64,000 bases of DNA, taken from a virus. Both the position numbers and the translations under genes were made by a program. The stretch covers positions 1 through 64,000 of the IMG/VR virus record IMGVR_UViG_3300020442_003949. One strand, given 5' to 3'. Below are positions 37,530 to 45,995 of this stretch, in pieces (within the stretch, counting starts at the first letter, position 1; each line of letters begins with the position of its first letter). The notes under the pieces were generated by a model. That model ran no database searches. It saw nothing but the letters and a program-made list of their open reading frames with translations, and was not told the DNA's origin.

Positions 37530-38745
37530 TTCTAGTATTGCCGTAATGAATTACAATATAATTAGGATCATTAAATTTACGCCACGGATCAACAACAATA
37601 GAACCTACTGGTATATTGCAGTATAAAGAATCATGTTGTTCTTGATTCATATACGAATAGGTAGTAGTAGCTGAATGAGCAAGCAAAACTACACAAGGTG
37701 AAGTAGGAACAAAATTGTCGCCTGTTTGAGGATCAATGTATTGTGGTGTAATACCGTATTCTTCGCAATAATGGCCAATTAATATAGAGTAACTTCCTTC
37801 TTCGTACGGCACGTTAGGTTTATATGCTTTACCATGAATTAAAATAGGAAATCCGGATTTTTTTGATTCCTGCACTAATTTGCCAGCTAAATTCTTTGCT
37901 TGTATTTCTCTAGCTGTCATTATAGCATCAAACAAATCATACCCTAGCCCTAAATCGTCAGCCATGTATCGTAACGCAATATTATCTCTAGGATGACAAG
38001 CTCCGCCGTCGCCCATGCCTGCTTTCATATATTGCGGACCCATTATACGCCAGGTAGATTTAGCTAAAGCATCTGTTACAATATCAACATTTATATTTCC
38101 TTGTATTTCTGCTACATCTTGAATCATATTCACTAGAGATAATTTTGCTGAAATAAAAGTATTGTAAAATACTTTTATACATTCGCATTCGTCCCAAGTG
38201 CCAACAATATAACGTGGCTCATTCTGCATTATAGTCTTATAAAATTCAACTAATTTTTTTGCAGGACCTGTTTCTTTGCCGTCTTCGGTTCCTATCATTA
38301 CCATTTCAGGATTTACCATGTCCCACGCTACACTGCCCATAGCAATAAGATAAGGATTATACACAAATTCACAGTTTGTAACTAAAGGTGCTAACTCTCT
38401 GCGAACGGTTCCTGGCAAGACTGTTGATATTAGAACTAGGAGTTGAGATTTTTTCATATAATGATTTGCTTCTTTTAGCACAGATTTTGCTATATCATAT
38501 GAAAAATCTTTTGGAGGTAAATCTACGATAGGTGTTTTGCCATCGTATCTTGTATCGTGTGGTGTAGGTACTGCTACAAATACAATATCTTTTCCTTCAA
38601 CTACTTCTTTGATTGATTCAACAACTTTGACGTTATTTGACTTAACAGATTGTACATCATAACCATCAACTTGATAACCATTTTTTGCTATTTCAGTAGC
38701 ACAAGGCATACCTAATTTTCCTAAACCAATATATCCAATCTTCAT
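37522..38745 (-). CDS. ugd: UDP-glucose/GDP-mannose dehydrogenase family
   Basis: GLGKLG, VAVPTP, STV.PGT, K..YN, GGACHPRD with catalytic Cys, AYKP. Confidence 0.85.
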   Translation of the reverse strand: MKIGYIGLGKLGMPCATEIAKNGYQVDGYDVQSVKSNNVKVVESIKEVVEGKDIVFVAVPTPHDTRYDGKTPIVDLPPKDFSYDIAKSVLKEANHYMKKSQLLVLISTVLPGTVRRELAPLVTNCEFVYNPYLIAMGSVAWDMVNPEMVMIGTEDGKETGPAKKLVEFYKTIMQNEPRYIVGTWDECECIKVFYNTFISAKLSLVNMIQDVAEIQGNINVDIVTDALAKSTWRIMGPQYMKAGMGDGGACHPRDNIALRYMADDLGLGYDLFDAIMTAREIQAKNLAGKLVQESKKSGFPILIHGKAYKPNVPYEEGSYSILIGHYCEEYGITPQYIDPQTGDNFVPTSPCVVLLAHSATTTYSYMNQEQHDSLYCNIPVGSIVVDPWRKFNDPNYIVIHYGNTRNV

Positions 38746-38746
38746 C

Positions 38747-40036
38747 TTATTCCTTATTAAAAAAGTCTAGTAAAATTGGTATTAAATCTGTCTGATAATA
38801 CCAATTTTCAACATTCTTTACCGTATATAAATTATGTAATAAATCTGGTAGCATTTCATATAAAATTGATACCCATTGATTATCTGGTATACCATACAAC
38901 CTGTCAAATTCTTTTAAAACCTTCCTAAGCCTTTGATGATTGTCATCTATTTCATCATAACTGTGATCTATCCATTTATCAAACATTCTATATCCATAAC
39001 TTCTTAATGCAGCTACATTACCTTTTGGACCAGCAACAATAAAAGGCTGTAGCATTCCAAAAGGTTTAAATGACTTTTCTGTTATAAATGGAACTTCTAC
39101 CCTATCTTCCCATGTTTCACTCACTAATTGAAAATAACTTTTTAAAGTATGTATCCAACCCACTCTATCAGCTAAATTGATATCTAAATCTAAATTGTTG
39201 TGATTTTTACTCATATCATTTGCTTCAATTATTTTACAATGAATATCTCCAATTTTATGTAATTGTTCAAATTCTTTTTTATATTCGGAAAAATCCTCTG
39301 CCCAAGAATAATTTCTTAATTGTTCTGCATCACAAGGAGCACATTCGGTAAATCTACCTAAACTATATAATGCTCTATCATATCTATGATGCATTTGATG
39401 AGCTACTATTACAACTCTAGCCTTTCTAGGCCTCCTATTATAATTTAATGATTTATACGGAACACGTTCTTTTCTTATAATAGAATGAATTTTTTCTTGC
39501 TGATTTTTATTTGATATCGGATCATCCCATTGTATAAACCTTTCTAAATGTCTACCAGCAACTATATTATAAGCATTTTTAGTTCCTAGCTTACCTTTAT
39601 ACTCGCCTACTGCATGTGCTCCTGTTATTATAGTAATATTACTAGGTACAGTAAATAAAGCATTACAAAAATTCCCTATATGTGGATCTGCATAACCATC
39701 AAATGCGTTACATTCTGTGTCATCACATATTAGCCAGTGTACTAAACCATTTTCACTGTCTTCTTTTATCCGTTTTGACATAGGAAAAACACCTGGATTA
39801 TAATCCAGGGATTGCCAATCACCGAAAATGAAATCTAATTCACGGCGAGCATGAGAAAAAATAACATACTTGCTGCCAACAGGTAAGTCAAAAATTGTTT
39901 TATAAGTGTATAAACTTAATTTATCATAACTCTCTTTAAACATGCTTAGTGTACATATGGGTTTCACATCATTTCGAGGTATACCTACAAAAAGTTCTTT
40001 TCCTATTTTTGTAATTAGAAAAACAATTTCTGTCAT
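38747..40036 (-). CDS. Putative glycosyltransferase-like protein (TEK motif family)
   Basis: LNYNRRPR..R, LVSET, FITEKSFKP....QPFI, LR.YG, IDHSYD. Confidence 0.5.
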   Translation of the reverse strand: MTEIVFLITKIGKELFVGIPRNDVKPICTLSMFKESYDKLSLYTYKTIFDLPVGSKYVIFSHARRELDFIFGDWQSLDYNPGVFPMSKRIKEDSENGLVHWLICDDTECNAFDGYADPHIGNFCNALFTVPSNITIITGAHAVGEYKGKLGTKNAYNIVAGRHLERFIQWDDPISNKNQQEKIHSIIRKERVPYKSLNYNRRPRKARVVIVAHQMHHRYDRALYSLGRFTECAPCDAEQLRNYSWAEDFSEYKKEFEQLHKIGDIHCKIIEANDMSKNHNNLDLDINLADRVGWIHTLKSYFQLVSETWEDRVEVPFITEKSFKPFGMLQPFIVAGPKGNVAALRSYGYRMFDKWIDHSYDEIDDNHQRLRKVLKEFDRLYGIPDNQWVSILYEMLPDLLHNLYTVKNVENWYYQTDLIPILLDFFNKE

Positions 40037-41439
40037 TTTTTATTATCCCAATAAAAATCATACATTTCAGGAAAAGTTTGTAAAAAATTTGTATCTCTAC
40101 GCCTATCATGCTCATCTACAAAAATTATAAAATCTTTCCTGTGTTGTTGTAAATCAACACTGTCAAAATTATTATCTTTAAATATATCAACAATCCTTTG
40201 AAATTTTGCAAGTTCCCATGAATAGAAACCGTAATTTTCTTTTCCTCTTATATTTCTATACTCAAGATTATTTTGCATAAAATCTCTATATTTCGTAAAA
40301 TGCTCTGACCAATTTTTGTATCCTATGAATATAGACTGATGTTTTGGCCAACGTAAGTAAGGTGTATCTAATATAATTGGAATTGCTTTATTTGTTCCAC
40401 CAAATTCTAATTTAAGTTCTAAAATATCTTTCAAAAATTTATCAAAAGAAAATATGCTTAAAACATTGAACGTGCTTGTGCATGTAAATGTACAATTTGG
40501 AACTTCTATTAGTATTCTTCTAATATTATGTAACCATTTATTGTAATCTAGTCCATATCTAATATAATTTGCTTGATCGCCGTATGCTTCTGCACTTGTA
40601 AAAATTTTTAATTTTTTTACTTTCCTTTGCCCACCAATAATTTTTATTTTTTCTACAAATTTATTCATTATTTCATCTGTAGGACAAAGATTACTATTGA
40701 TAGAAAATTCTAAATCAGGCCTTGGATTCAAAATTAAATCATCAAGAATTTTAAATGTATCTTTTGTTAAAAGAGGTTCTCCTCCTGTAATCCTGAAATG
40801 CTTTAGATCGTTTGCTAATGTAGGCCACCATTTCCAAAAAGCTTCTACGTAAGGATTATGTTCTTTATTAGGAATAGGCATGTGATCATGCCTTTTTAAC
40901 CAACTTAAATCATGCAAATTTGAACTAGTAGGATAAGGCCCATATTCATTTATTTCTTCCATCCATTTACTACTTACTTGCGGAGAACAATAACTACATT
41001 TAAAATTACAAACACTACTAAAACTAACTTCTAAATAAGATGGATTTACATTCTTTTTCCAATGAGAATTTATAATGTCATTTACATAAGGTTGTGCCCA
41101 CCATTCGTAAGACTTAAACATTCTATCACTTAATATAGAATCATTATTGTCCTCTACTTTCCAACAATAATCGCACTCACTAGGCCTTTTACCTTCTAAC
41201 ATTTCTTTTCTTGCAAGTTTTTTCCAATAAGTGTTATGCAATGCACTTGGGTGATGATTAACTTCGTCTAATGGTATTTTATGCGGTTCAGGATGATGAC
41301 AACTGTGAGTTAATCCATTATGTAAATGTAATGTTACTTGCTTCCATTTTGCTGTACAAAAAGTAGGAGATATATTATCTAAAACCGATTCTTTATAATT
41401 TTTTACTTTCTGCAAAAAATTGTTTTCTTCAATACTCAT
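40033..41439 (-). CDS. Radical SAM protein with N-terminal Twitch-like domain (family C)
   Basis: FC.AKW, SCHHP, CDYCW..E; EVSFSSVCNFKCSYC....SS.W; TGGEPL. Confidence 0.88.
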   Translation of the reverse strand: MSIEENNFLQKVKNYKESVLDNISPTFCTAKWKQVTLHLHNGLTHSCHHPEPHKIPLDEVNHHPSALHNTYWKKLARKEMLEGKRPSECDYCWKVEDNNDSILSDRMFKSYEWWAQPYVNDIINSHWKKNVNPSYLEVSFSSVCNFKCSYCSPQVSSKWMEEINEYGPYPTSSNLHDLSWLKRHDHMPIPNKEHNPYVEAFWKWWPTLANDLKHFRITGGEPLLTKDTFKILDDLILNPRPDLEFSINSNLCPTDEIMNKFVEKIKIIGGQRKVKKLKIFTSAEAYGDQANYIRYGLDYNKWLHNIRRILIEVPNCTFTCTSTFNVLSIFSFDKFLKDILELKLEFGGTNKAIPIILDTPYLRWPKHQSIFIGYKNWSEHFTKYRDFMQNNLEYRNIRGKENYGFYSWELAKFQRIVDIFKDNNFDSVDLQQHRKDFIIFVDEHDRRRDTNFLQTFPEMYDFYWDNKK

Positions 41440-42359
41440 TCTGGATCAATTACTTTCTTAGATATCCGTGTAGGATTCATATAAACTGTTTTAAAAAATT
41501 TACTTTGCTTAAAATTTAACGGCTCTCTCGCAATTGGAAGATTCAACTGTTTAATTAACTGTTCCCCAGTAATATGTATTTGATTTTCAAGTTGAGCTAA
41601 TGAAAATTTTTCATATTCTGTAAACCATAAATTGTTCAAATATTGAAAATCTCTTACATTTACGTAATTCCAATTAGAACACATAGTTTTAAACAGACCT
41701 TCTCTAGCGCCCATAATAGCCCAATTACCATTTTCAACATCTGCACCAATCATCAACCATATATATAGTCTGTGTAAATTTTTCCAGTGATTTTCTTTAA
41801 ACTGATCTAATGTAGGTTTAACACCTTGATCAAGTGCCATTTTTACGCCTTCGCGAAATCCTGCTCGCCAAGCTTGATGTGGAGTTGCATTATTATATAT
41901 ATCAGAAAAACAAGAATTCATCTGTATATATTCTACATCCCAACAAAAATCTACTTGAGCATGTGGATTATCTTTATCTGCATTCTCATGAGTTTTCATA
42001 TTTAAAACAAATTCTTTAGGCCAACATTTTACTCCACCATTACCATACATAAGTCCATTTATTACATTATAGCCGCACCATGAAATAACTTTATTTTCTA
42101 ATTCTATATGTTCTTCAAAATCAATTTCCTGCGTTAAAAAATGTTCTCTTATACGATTATCACCATCAATTGTTACAAATCTATCTGTTTCAGATAGATT
42201 TGCACAGGCCTTGTGCGCTGAATCAGAACCTTCTACACCATGCACTCGTTTTGCCCAAGGAATTTTTTTGCACAAATCAGCGTAATTTTGTTCTGCGTTA
42301 GGCTCGTCATAACTTAGAAAAATAACATCATAATCTAAAACTTTAAATTTAGTAGACAT
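41436..42359 (-). CDS. Glycosyltransferase-like protein (GT-A), paralogue of the 35871 C-terminal domain
   Basis: DVIFLSYDE.NA, RVHGV.G...AH, IDGDN, YGNGG.K, WRAGFRE; probable ATG 42359. Confidence 0.7.
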   Translation of the reverse strand: MSTKFKVLDYDVIFLSYDEPNAEQNYADLCKKIPWAKRVHGVEGSDSAHKACANLSETDRFVTIDGDNRIREHFLTQEIDFEEHIELENKVISWCGYNVINGLMYGNGGVKCWPKEFVLNMKTHENADKDNPHAQVDFCWDVEYIQMNSCFSDIYNNATPHQAWRAGFREGVKMALDQGVKPTLDQFKENHWKNLHRLYIWLMIGADVENGNWAIMGAREGLFKTMCSNWNYVNVRDFQYLNNLWFTEYEKFSLAQLENQIHITGEQLIKQLNLPIAREPLNFKQSKFFKTVYMNPTRISKKVIDPE

Positions 42360-42912
42360 ACCCGACTCTTTCATAATTGTAATCAAAAATTTTATTTGTA
42401 TAAATGCTAATCAAACTACCTTCTTTGTTATGTTCAAATTCTTCAGAAAAATCTATAATGAAATAATGTTTTTTTATTAGTTGTTCTAAGTCAACTTGTA
42501 ATTGTTTATAAAGAATATTTGGATTATTAAATTCCGTTACACTAAAAAATAGTTGGAAATTATCTAAAGCAATATTTGTTTTACACTCTACTTCTAATTG
42601 ATCATTAATCAGGAATTTCCAACATACTTCATCACAACTTTGAATTATTGTAATTCCAGATCTATCAATATTTTGTGGAATTTGGTAAAGAATTTGATTT
42701 ATATTTTTAGAGAAAACATCTATTTCATTTTTCTTTTTAAATTCATATATATTTTTTGTTTCATTAAATTCTACAAAAAATTTGTTTGATGATTCTTTTC
42801 CTTCATGAATTAATTTTACATCTTCTATATCTACCTCAACAAAATTCTCCAAAGGCTGAATATTAGTAATAGAAAGAATTTTTCCATTGTCTGGATTAAA
42901 TTTTACAAACAT
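42349..42912 (-). CDS. Hypothetical protein
   Basis: 187-aa ORF packed between neighbours. Confidence 0.6.
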   Translation of the reverse strand: MFVKFNPDNGKILSITNIQPLENFVEVDIEDVKLIHEGKESSNKFFVEFNETKNIYEFKKKNEIDVFSKNINQILYQIPQNIDRSGITIIQSCDEVCWKFLINDQLEVECKTNIALDNFQLFFSVTEFNNPNILYKQLQVDLEQLIKKHYFIIDFSEEFEHNKEGSLISIYTNKIFDYNYERVGYVY

Positions 42913-42914
42913 TA

Positions 42915-43739
42915 TTATATTCCTAAATACTTTTCATACGTACTTACAATACTTTCAGTTGCAAAATCATTATTTACATAATGGAATATTCCATCTTGCA
43001 AATAATTACCAATATACAATTTCAAGTCATTTGTAAGATATACTGGAACTTTATCTTGCCAATTATCTTTAACTGATTGCCAATCTTGAACATAGGGTTT
43101 CATATGAACAAATTTTAAAAAATCTACTTTTCTATTTGTTATTTCCGTATCATTATTTAGAATTTTACTTGCAATTGCACAAGTTAAATCCATACTAGGT
43201 TGCTTTGGATAAAATTCTTTACAATATTGACCATAAAAAAGTTCCCAATTTTTTGAAATTAATTCTACCCAAGTAAAAAAATCTTGCGAAGACGGACTTT
43301 TCTTAAAATAATGCAAACCGTTATATAAATTAGGTAAATTATTATATGTAAATGATTTCCTATAATAATCATTAGTGATTAATGTAGATCTATAAGTAAA
43401 AACCTTAGATAAGTAAAATAAATTATAATTTTGAAAAAAATTCCACCACGCATCTAACTGATTTAAAACTAAAATATCAGTATCTAATACAATTGTTTCG
43501 TCATAAGGACTATTGTGATAAATTTTCCATCTATTAAGCACATCATATCTTGAATTATCATGCTCTATCCAAGAAGGTTTTATTACAAAATCAAAAATGC
43601 TTTTATATTTTTTTGGAACTCTTGAATTAGTGATTATTGATATTGGAATTTCTGAATTAATCTTTAAACTAACAGCAGCCAAGCAAGCCTGTTTGACATA
43701 AGAATTACCTTTAGCATAAAATACATATCCTTTAGACAT
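42915..43739 (-). CDS. Glycosyltransferase-like protein (GT-A, SPYDET..LDTD)
   Basis: Y...A..A.S.K, SPYDETIVLDTD, YFKK, FVHMKP; ATG 43739 after AAGGA. Confidence 0.65.
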   Translation of the reverse strand: MSKGYVFYAKGNSYVKQACLAAVSLKINSEIPISIITNSRVPKKYKSIFDFVIKPSWIEHDNSRYDVLNRWKIYHNSPYDETIVLDTDILVLNQLDAWWNFFQNYNLFYLSKVFTYRSTLITNDYYRKSFTYNNLPNLYNGLHYFKKSPSSQDFFTWVELISKNWELFYGQYCKEFYPKQPSMDLTCAIASKILNNDTEITNRKVDFLKFVHMKPYVQDWQSVKDNWQDKVPVYLTNDLKLYIGNYLQDGIFHYVNNDFATESIVSTYEKYLGI

Positions 43740-44634
43740 TTTTAAATTCCTTATCAATGCATCTATTTAAACTAAACTTATTCATTACATGAACTGATAA
43801 ACCATTTGTAACTGCTAGTGTATATTCTCCTAAATAATCTTCTTTTTCTAACAAGAATGTTATTTTTTGGTCTTTAATATTGTAACAGATATCTTTATCT
43901 GTAGTATAGTATAACCTTCCTGGCATAGATTTTGCGAAATCACCTTCTGTATAACCATTCATAATATGAATAGCAATACTAAATGCATGATCATTTCTAA
44001 AATAAGATTGATTAATTTGGAAAATTGATCTATAATGATTCCAGTTTTCTTGTATGTGTTGAACTAAATCAAAAAATATTCTATTTTCTTTAGATTTCCG
44101 AAAAAATACTACAGTAGCCCAATAAAATTTAACTCCTATGTCATTTATATACGTAAATTCATTAGATTTTCTGAATAAAGTTAAATCACATGCATCATGA
44201 TAAATTAAAAAATTATTATTTTGCTGAAAACACTGTAAATATTGATCATTACATAAAACAATATCTGTGTCTAATAATAATGTTTCATCATACGGAGAAA
44301 TATCATAAGCTTTTGATCTTAATTGATTTTTAAATTGTAATTTAATTCTAGTTAGGGTGCCATCTCTATAATTTTTATAAAAATGATTTTCTGTTGTGCT
44401 TAATACCGTATTTTCATTATTATTTTTTTCCGACCAAACTACTTCTATAATATTATCAAAAACTTCCTCTGCATCTTGATATTGTTTTTTTAGATATTCT
44501 AAACTATCTGTAACTACTGTTGTAGGTAAATTAAGGTAATATTTTACTTTTTTTGCAAGAAAATATGCCTGTTTTAAATAATCTATTTTTGCATTATTCC
44601 TTGCAAAAAGTAAAATGCCCGCAGATTTATTCAT
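43732..44634 (-). CDS. Glycosyltransferase-like protein, paralogue of 42915
   Basis: SPYDETLLLDTD, WATVVFFRKS, RND.AFSIA, HVMNK. Confidence 0.65.
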   Translation of the reverse strand: MNKSAGILLFARNNAKIDYLKQAYFLAKKVKYYLNLPTTVVTDSLEYLKKQYQDAEEVFDNIIEVVWSEKNNNENTVLSTTENHFYKNYRDGTLTRIKLQFKNQLRSKAYDISPYDETLLLDTDIVLCNDQYLQCFQQNNNFLIYHDACDLTLFRKSNEFTYINDIGVKFYWATVVFFRKSKENRIFFDLVQHIQENWNHYRSIFQINQSYFRNDHAFSIAIHIMNGYTEGDFAKSMPGRLYYTTDKDICYNIKDQKITFLLEKEDYLGEYTLAVTNGLSVHVMNKFSLNRCIDKEFKNV

Positions 44635-44978
44635 AAATTAACTAAATTTTCTACAGTTCTTTGTTTTTTAATCTGACTATATTCAGTGAGATATTTATTT
44701 GTTGCTCGAAAGTAAACATCTAAGATATCTTTAAAAAAAGACTTTAGATCTTCTATATATATTGGTATATTGTTATCATCTACTAAAATTAATTCATCTT
44801 GATTATTACGAATCATTATATCACAAAAAGAAATTAATTCTTTTGAAACTGTAAATTGACTACCATTTGTATAATATATAGAATTTTGAGCGAATTGCTC
44901 TTGAAATATTTTTGTTTGATTGTGAAGTGTAACCATGTAATTTGAAAAAGCTAATGCTTTCTCTAATTTTTCATCCAT
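44631..44978 (-). CDS. Hypothetical protein, first gene of the enzyme cluster
   Basis: AGGAG RBS; 115 aa; LVDDNN.P. Confidence 0.7.
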   Translation of the reverse strand: MDEKLEKALAFSNYMVTLHNQTKIFQEQFAQNSIYYTNGSQFTVSKELISFCDIMIRNNQDELILVDDNNIPIYIEDLKSFFKDILDVYFRATNKYLTEYSQIKKQRTVENLVNL

Positions 44979-44999
44979 ACTTCTCCTATAAATGTATTT

Positions 45000-45007
45000 T
45001 ATTTATA
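45000..45007 (-). promoter_or_regulatory. T4-type late promoter motif at the head of the enzyme cluster
   Basis: TATAAATA on the minus strand ~21 nt upstream of ATG 44978. Confidence 0.55.
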
Positions 45008-45037
45008 AAAGAGAAATAAAGATGAAAATAACATTGA

Positions 45038-45964
45038 TTAGAAATTACTGTTTGTAATATAAGAAGGCGACGACACTGAAACGTAAGAACCCGAAGCAAT
45101 AAATTCATCTACCGAACAAGTTATAGTACCTTGTACATTTTCATCTTGTGCAGCTCCTAAACCAGTCTGATCTCCAGTATCATTATCTTCTAATCTAACT
45201 TCAAATCCAAGCCTCCAAGCATCAATATTTTCCTTTACTCGCACATATATTGCATTTTCTGCATACACTGCAGCTCCGCCAGTCGAACTGTAAAGATTTG
45301 TATACGATGTAGTTAAGCCTGCATGTGTATTATAATTACAAACAACAGGGTCTGGTGCGTTAGTAACCATAGTTTGCCAGTCTAGAGTTTTTTGTTCAGA
45401 TCCACTATATGAATGCGACAAATTAATTCTTATTTCGCCGCCAGTATTGAAAAAATGTCGTCTTGCTGCAAGAGATCCAAAATCTACTGTAAAAATAAAA
45501 TTTTTCGTTCCATTCCAGCCTGCTGCTAATGAACTAGACCGGACTGATAAATTTGTTGTCATCTGTGAAGTATTCAAACTTACTGTAGGCAAACGATTAG
45601 TTTCTATCTGATTTGTATAATACACATATTGATTATGTGTGTCATTTTCTGATCCATCTGCTGCTCCTGCAGTTATCCAATCTCCTACTGCAATATCTCC
45701 TAAATTAAATGCTGCTGTCGTTTGATGAATCCAGCATTTTTGAATATCAGTTCGTAAATCATCTAGTTGTTGTGCTGTAACAAAATCTCCAACTGAAGGT
45801 TGAGCAGGATAATTACTTGCAACAACTTGTCCGCTTGTTACTGTTTGTCCATAGCCAAAACCGTCATTTGCAGTAGCTGTTCCTAATATTTGGGCTACTT
45901 TGCTTTGCATTGTATTGTAATCTGCAGCATTAATAGATCCGCCCTGTGATACTGTTGCTACCAT
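45038..45964 (-). CDS. Putative virion structural protein
   Basis: Small/polar-rich composition; GYGQ and R.FFN.GG.IR motifs; lies in the tail block; AAGGAG RBS. Confidence 0.6.
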   Translation of the reverse strand: MVATVSQGGSINAADYNTMQSKVAQILGTATANDGFGYGQTVTSGQVVASNYPAQPSVGDFVTAQQLDDLRTDIQKCWIHQTTAAFNLGDIAVGDWITAGAADGSENDTHNQYVYYTNQIETNRLPTVSLNTSQMTTNLSVRSSSLAAGWNGTKNFIFTVDFGSLAARRHFFNTGGEIRINLSHSYSGSEQKTLDWQTMVTNAPDPVVCNYNTHAGLTTSYTNLYSSTGGAAVYAENAIYVRVKENIDAWRLGFEVRLEDNDTGDQTGLGAAQDENVQGTITCSVDEFIASGSYVSVSSPSYITNSNF

Positions 45965-45987
45965 TATCGCTCCTTAAATAATATACG

Positions 45988-45995
45988 TATTTATA
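45988..45995 (-). promoter_or_regulatory. T4-type late promoter motif
   Basis: TATAAATA on the minus strand ~23 nt upstream of ATG 45964, overlapping the upstream stop. Confidence 0.55.

Noticed and set aside
13828-44978. RiPP interpretation of the radical SAM cluster
   Set aside because: No convincing precursor peptide, RRE/PqqD domain, peptidase or exporter seen in the cluster; the 23-aa mini-ORF is explained as a duplication remnant. Not fully excluded
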